DNA of 50,089 bases, taken from positions 1-50,089 of the forward strand of contig JBFXGO010000012.1 of the NCBI GenBank assembly GCA_050239825.1, read 5' to 3'. The position numbers and the translations under genes are program-made. Source of the stretch: a bacterium (GTDB lineage Bacteria > Hydrothermota > 32-111). Each line of letters begins with the position of its first letter. The stretch's first letter is position 1. This document shows positions 47,651 through 50,089 of this stretch, piece by piece. The notes under the pieces are model-generated. The model was not told the origin of the DNA. It saw only the letters and a list, made by a program, of their open reading frames with translations, and made no database searches.

Positions 47651-50089
47651 ATGAAGAACATATTTAAATTTCACAAGCATACCAGCATACCAACCCACCT
47701 GCGTACTAATATTTCAGTCATTCTGAAGTCCGCAGTAGTTACCTCTATCCTGAAGAATCTATCAAAGCGTACCAGCCAACCAGCTAACAAGCATACGAAT
47801 TTTGTCATTCTGAAGTCCGCAGTAGTTACCTCTATCCTGAAGAATCTATCAAAGCGTACCAGCCAACCAGCATACCAGCGAACGATCTTACTTCTCTCCT
47901 TGCTGTTCGGATTCGTGCTGTTGAATGCGCAGATGGTAGGGGAGCTTGGCAGATGGGAATACGGACCGACAGAGGCGATAGCAATAAAGGGAAATACAGC
48001 ATATATAAGTAGTGGAAGCTACTTATGGGTAATGGATATAAGCAATGAAAGCAACCCGAGATTAATAAGTGAAATGAAACTTGAGAACTATATACATTAC
48101 ATCAGAAGGATAGGGAATTACTTGTATGTGAGCAAGAATGATACATTGCTGAATATCTATGATATACATACAGATACAATACCAGTTTTGGTGAACCAGA
48201 TAGAAGGAGAGGATTCGGATTTTCCATGGAAAGAGATAATTTATACCGGAAATACTCTATATATTAGTGGATATTTCAATCGACAGTATTTTATAAACGA
48301 TACAATAAGTCCTACATTTACAAGGATAGTCGGTTTTACAAGAGATATAAATAATGATTCAACTGTATTAGTAGGAACAATGCAAGAAGATAGGGAGATA
48401 AGGGTATATGATCTAACCCAAATTGGTGATATATACGATCAAACAGATGATTACTACACAACAGAGAAGATAAGAGGAATAAGAGTAACCTACCCCTATG
48501 TTTACTTTGGCTATGGGAGCCAGGGGGTAGGAATAATGGATATAAGCAACTTGTATGATATAAAACTAAAGAAGACAGTGGCGACAGGCGGCAATACATA
48601 CGATGTGGAGATGATAGAGGAAACATTGCTTATAGCGGCGAGGGGATTAAATGGAATAGGGATATATGATGTAGAGGATGATACGCTATTAACGGAGATA
48701 GGAGCCTGCGAGACAAACGGCTATACATACGAATTGGAGGTAATAGGGAATAGATTGTATGCAGGAGCGAGAAGCGGCGGCTTAATCATAGTGGATATAA
48801 CAGATAAGAGCAACCCCACGGTGGTTGGTGAGTATAGAGGGTATGGAGAATGCAGGAGGATGACAATAGAGGGAGACAGGATGTATGTAGCGAGCGGGGA
48901 CGGTGGAGTAATGATAATGGATATAACTGACAGGGAGAATCCTGAAGTAATAAGCCAGTGCTGGACAAGGAATATAGGGGAAGATGTGGTAAAAGGCGGA
49001 GATTATCTTTATGTAGCAGACGGAGACAGCGGGTTAACAGTGGTAGATATCAGTGATGAAGATAATCCGAGTGTAGTGGCAGGAATTCCGACAGGATGTT
49101 ACGGAAGCTTTGCCGGTATATATGATAATGTGTGCATGATAGGCGGAAGAAGATTTTACTTATCTGGTGATACAGCGAAAGACGGAATAGGATTAATTGA
49201 TATAAGCACACCATCAAATCCTATTAAAGAAAACGAAGTAATGGATGGACATTCATATATATCTTTTCAATTGGATGACACAATAATGTATTGTGTGGGT
49301 GATGCAGGGGCATATGCGAGATATGAGATATGGAATATAAAAAATAGTGCGGTTCCAGTGTTAGAAGACAGCATAATGATATATTTAGGTAGTTATACGT
49401 CAGTAGCAGGAAAAGACACTATATCGGTGACAAATTATTTAGATACTTTGCTGTTTTATAATGTAAAAGACCTAAACAATGCCACTTTAATAAAGAGAAT
49501 ACAAAGTCCTGGCGGACAAACTGAAATGTTGATAGATAATGATGTATTATATACTCTCAATGGACAACCTTGGATGGTGATGTATGATATAAGCAATTTA
49601 CCAACAGTAGATACAATAGCAATAGAAACATTAAGAGTGGAAGCTTATGATATAAACAAACAGAATGAATATATATATACCACCCACAACCAATATGGTT
49701 TAAGCATATACGGGTTCGATATGACCCCGCCGAGTAAAATAACACTGATAGAGCCACAGGATGGAGACACAGCATATAATAACAGCATGGAAGTAACATG
49801 GCATAAATCAACAGACACAGGAGTGGGAATAGACAGGTATGAGGTGTATGTGAATGGGATAGAAGAGGGAGAGACAACAGATACGAGTATTACAGTAAAT
49901 ACAACATCAACAGGGACACGGAATGTGTGGGTAAAGGTGTATGACAGAGTGGGTAACAGCAGTTACTCAGATACGAATGCAGTGTATTTGCTTACAGGGA
50001 TAGAGGATGGAAGTAAAACAAAGGGAATAGAAAAGGAGCTGACGATAAAGACAACACTAAATAGGATAAGCGTATATAATGGAACAACA
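47651..50089 (+). CDS. 3'-truncated secreted LVIVD-repeat protein with Ig/FN3-like domain and probable CTD (absent from ORF track)
   Basis: Hand translation from ATG 47651 finds no stop before the window end; YLYVADGDSGLTVVDISDEDNP-type repeats; DMTPP...VKVYDRVGN; TGIED linker. Confidence 0.9.
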   Translation, partial: MKNIFKFHKHTSIPTHLRTNISVILKSAVVTSILKNLSKRTSQPANKHTNFVILKSAVVTSILKNLSKRTSQPAYQRTILLLSLLFGFVLLNAQMVGELGRWEYGPTEAIAIKGNTAYISSGSYLWVMDISNESNPRLISEMKLENYIHYIRRIGNYLYVSKNDTLLNIYDIHTDTIPVLVNQIEGEDSDFPWKEIIYTGNTLYISGYFNRQYFINDTISPTFTRIVGFTRDINNDSTVLVGTMQEDREIRVYDLTQIGDIYDQTDDYYTTEKIRGIRVTYPYVYFGYGSQGVGIMDISNLYDIKLKKTVATGGNTYDVEMIEETLLIAARGLNGIGIYDVEDDTLLTEIGACETNGYTYELEVIGNRLYAGARSGGLIIVDITDKSNPTVVGEYRGYGECRRMTIEGDRMYVASGDGGVMIMDITDRENPEVISQCWTRNIGEDVVKGGDYLYVADGDSGLTVVDISDEDNPSVVAGIPTGCYGSFAGIYDNVCMIGGRRFYLSGDTAKDGIGLIDISTPSNPIKENEVMDGHSYISFQLDDTIMYCVGDAGAYARYEIWNIKNSAVPVLEDSIMIYLGSYTSVAGKDTISVTNYLDTLLFYNVKDLNNATLIKRIQSPGGQTEMLIDNDVLYTLNGQPWMVMYDISNLPTVDTIAIETLRVEAYDINKQNEYIYTTHNQYGLSIYGFDMTPPSKITLIEPQDGDTAYNNSMEVTWHKSTDTGVGIDRYEVYVNGIEEGETTDTSITVNTTSTGTRNVWVKVYDRVGNSSYSDTNAVYLLTGIEDGSKTKGIEKELTIKTTLNRISVYNGTT
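47717..47871 (+). repeat. In-frame tandem duplication (68 identical bp, period 87 bp) of a REP-like hairpin plus octamers
   Basis: 47717-47784 is identical to 47804-47871. Confidence 0.95.

Noticed and set aside
48336..49877. Minus-strand Leu/Ser/Pro-rich ORFs in the track
   Set aside because: They are antisense shadows of the purine-rich plus-strand LVIVD gene.

Overview
Low-GC, diderm anaerobe-type bacterial DNA. T9SS-type C-terminal sorting domains (CTDs) and an rseC-rnfBCDGEA gene order suggest an FCB-related lineage such as WOR-3/TA06 (inference only). The core carries a Na+-pumping carboxybiotin decarboxylase operon (mmdA/D/C/B-like), an Rnf operon with apbE, pckA, two NtrC-type regulators, a sigma54-driven non-canonical chaperone-usher-like pilus operon, mgtE, a secreted-protease/outer-membrane cluster (M6, peptidase-TolB-Omp85 fusion, C25), oligopeptidase B and hicAB. 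Both ends hold purine-rich CTD-type cargo genes; the last one is an LVIVD-repeat gene missed by the ORF track. The most unusual signal is a ~610-bp non-coding cassette (6722-7334) built from several palindromic and short tandem repeat modules separated by 24-bp direct repeats. The same modules recur in frame inside the secreted cargo genes, at the start-Met/signal-peptide and passenger/CTD junctions, and one lies next to a sharp gene-conversion-like identity boundary. No rRNA, tRNA, CRISPR array, transposase or reverse transcriptase was recognised.
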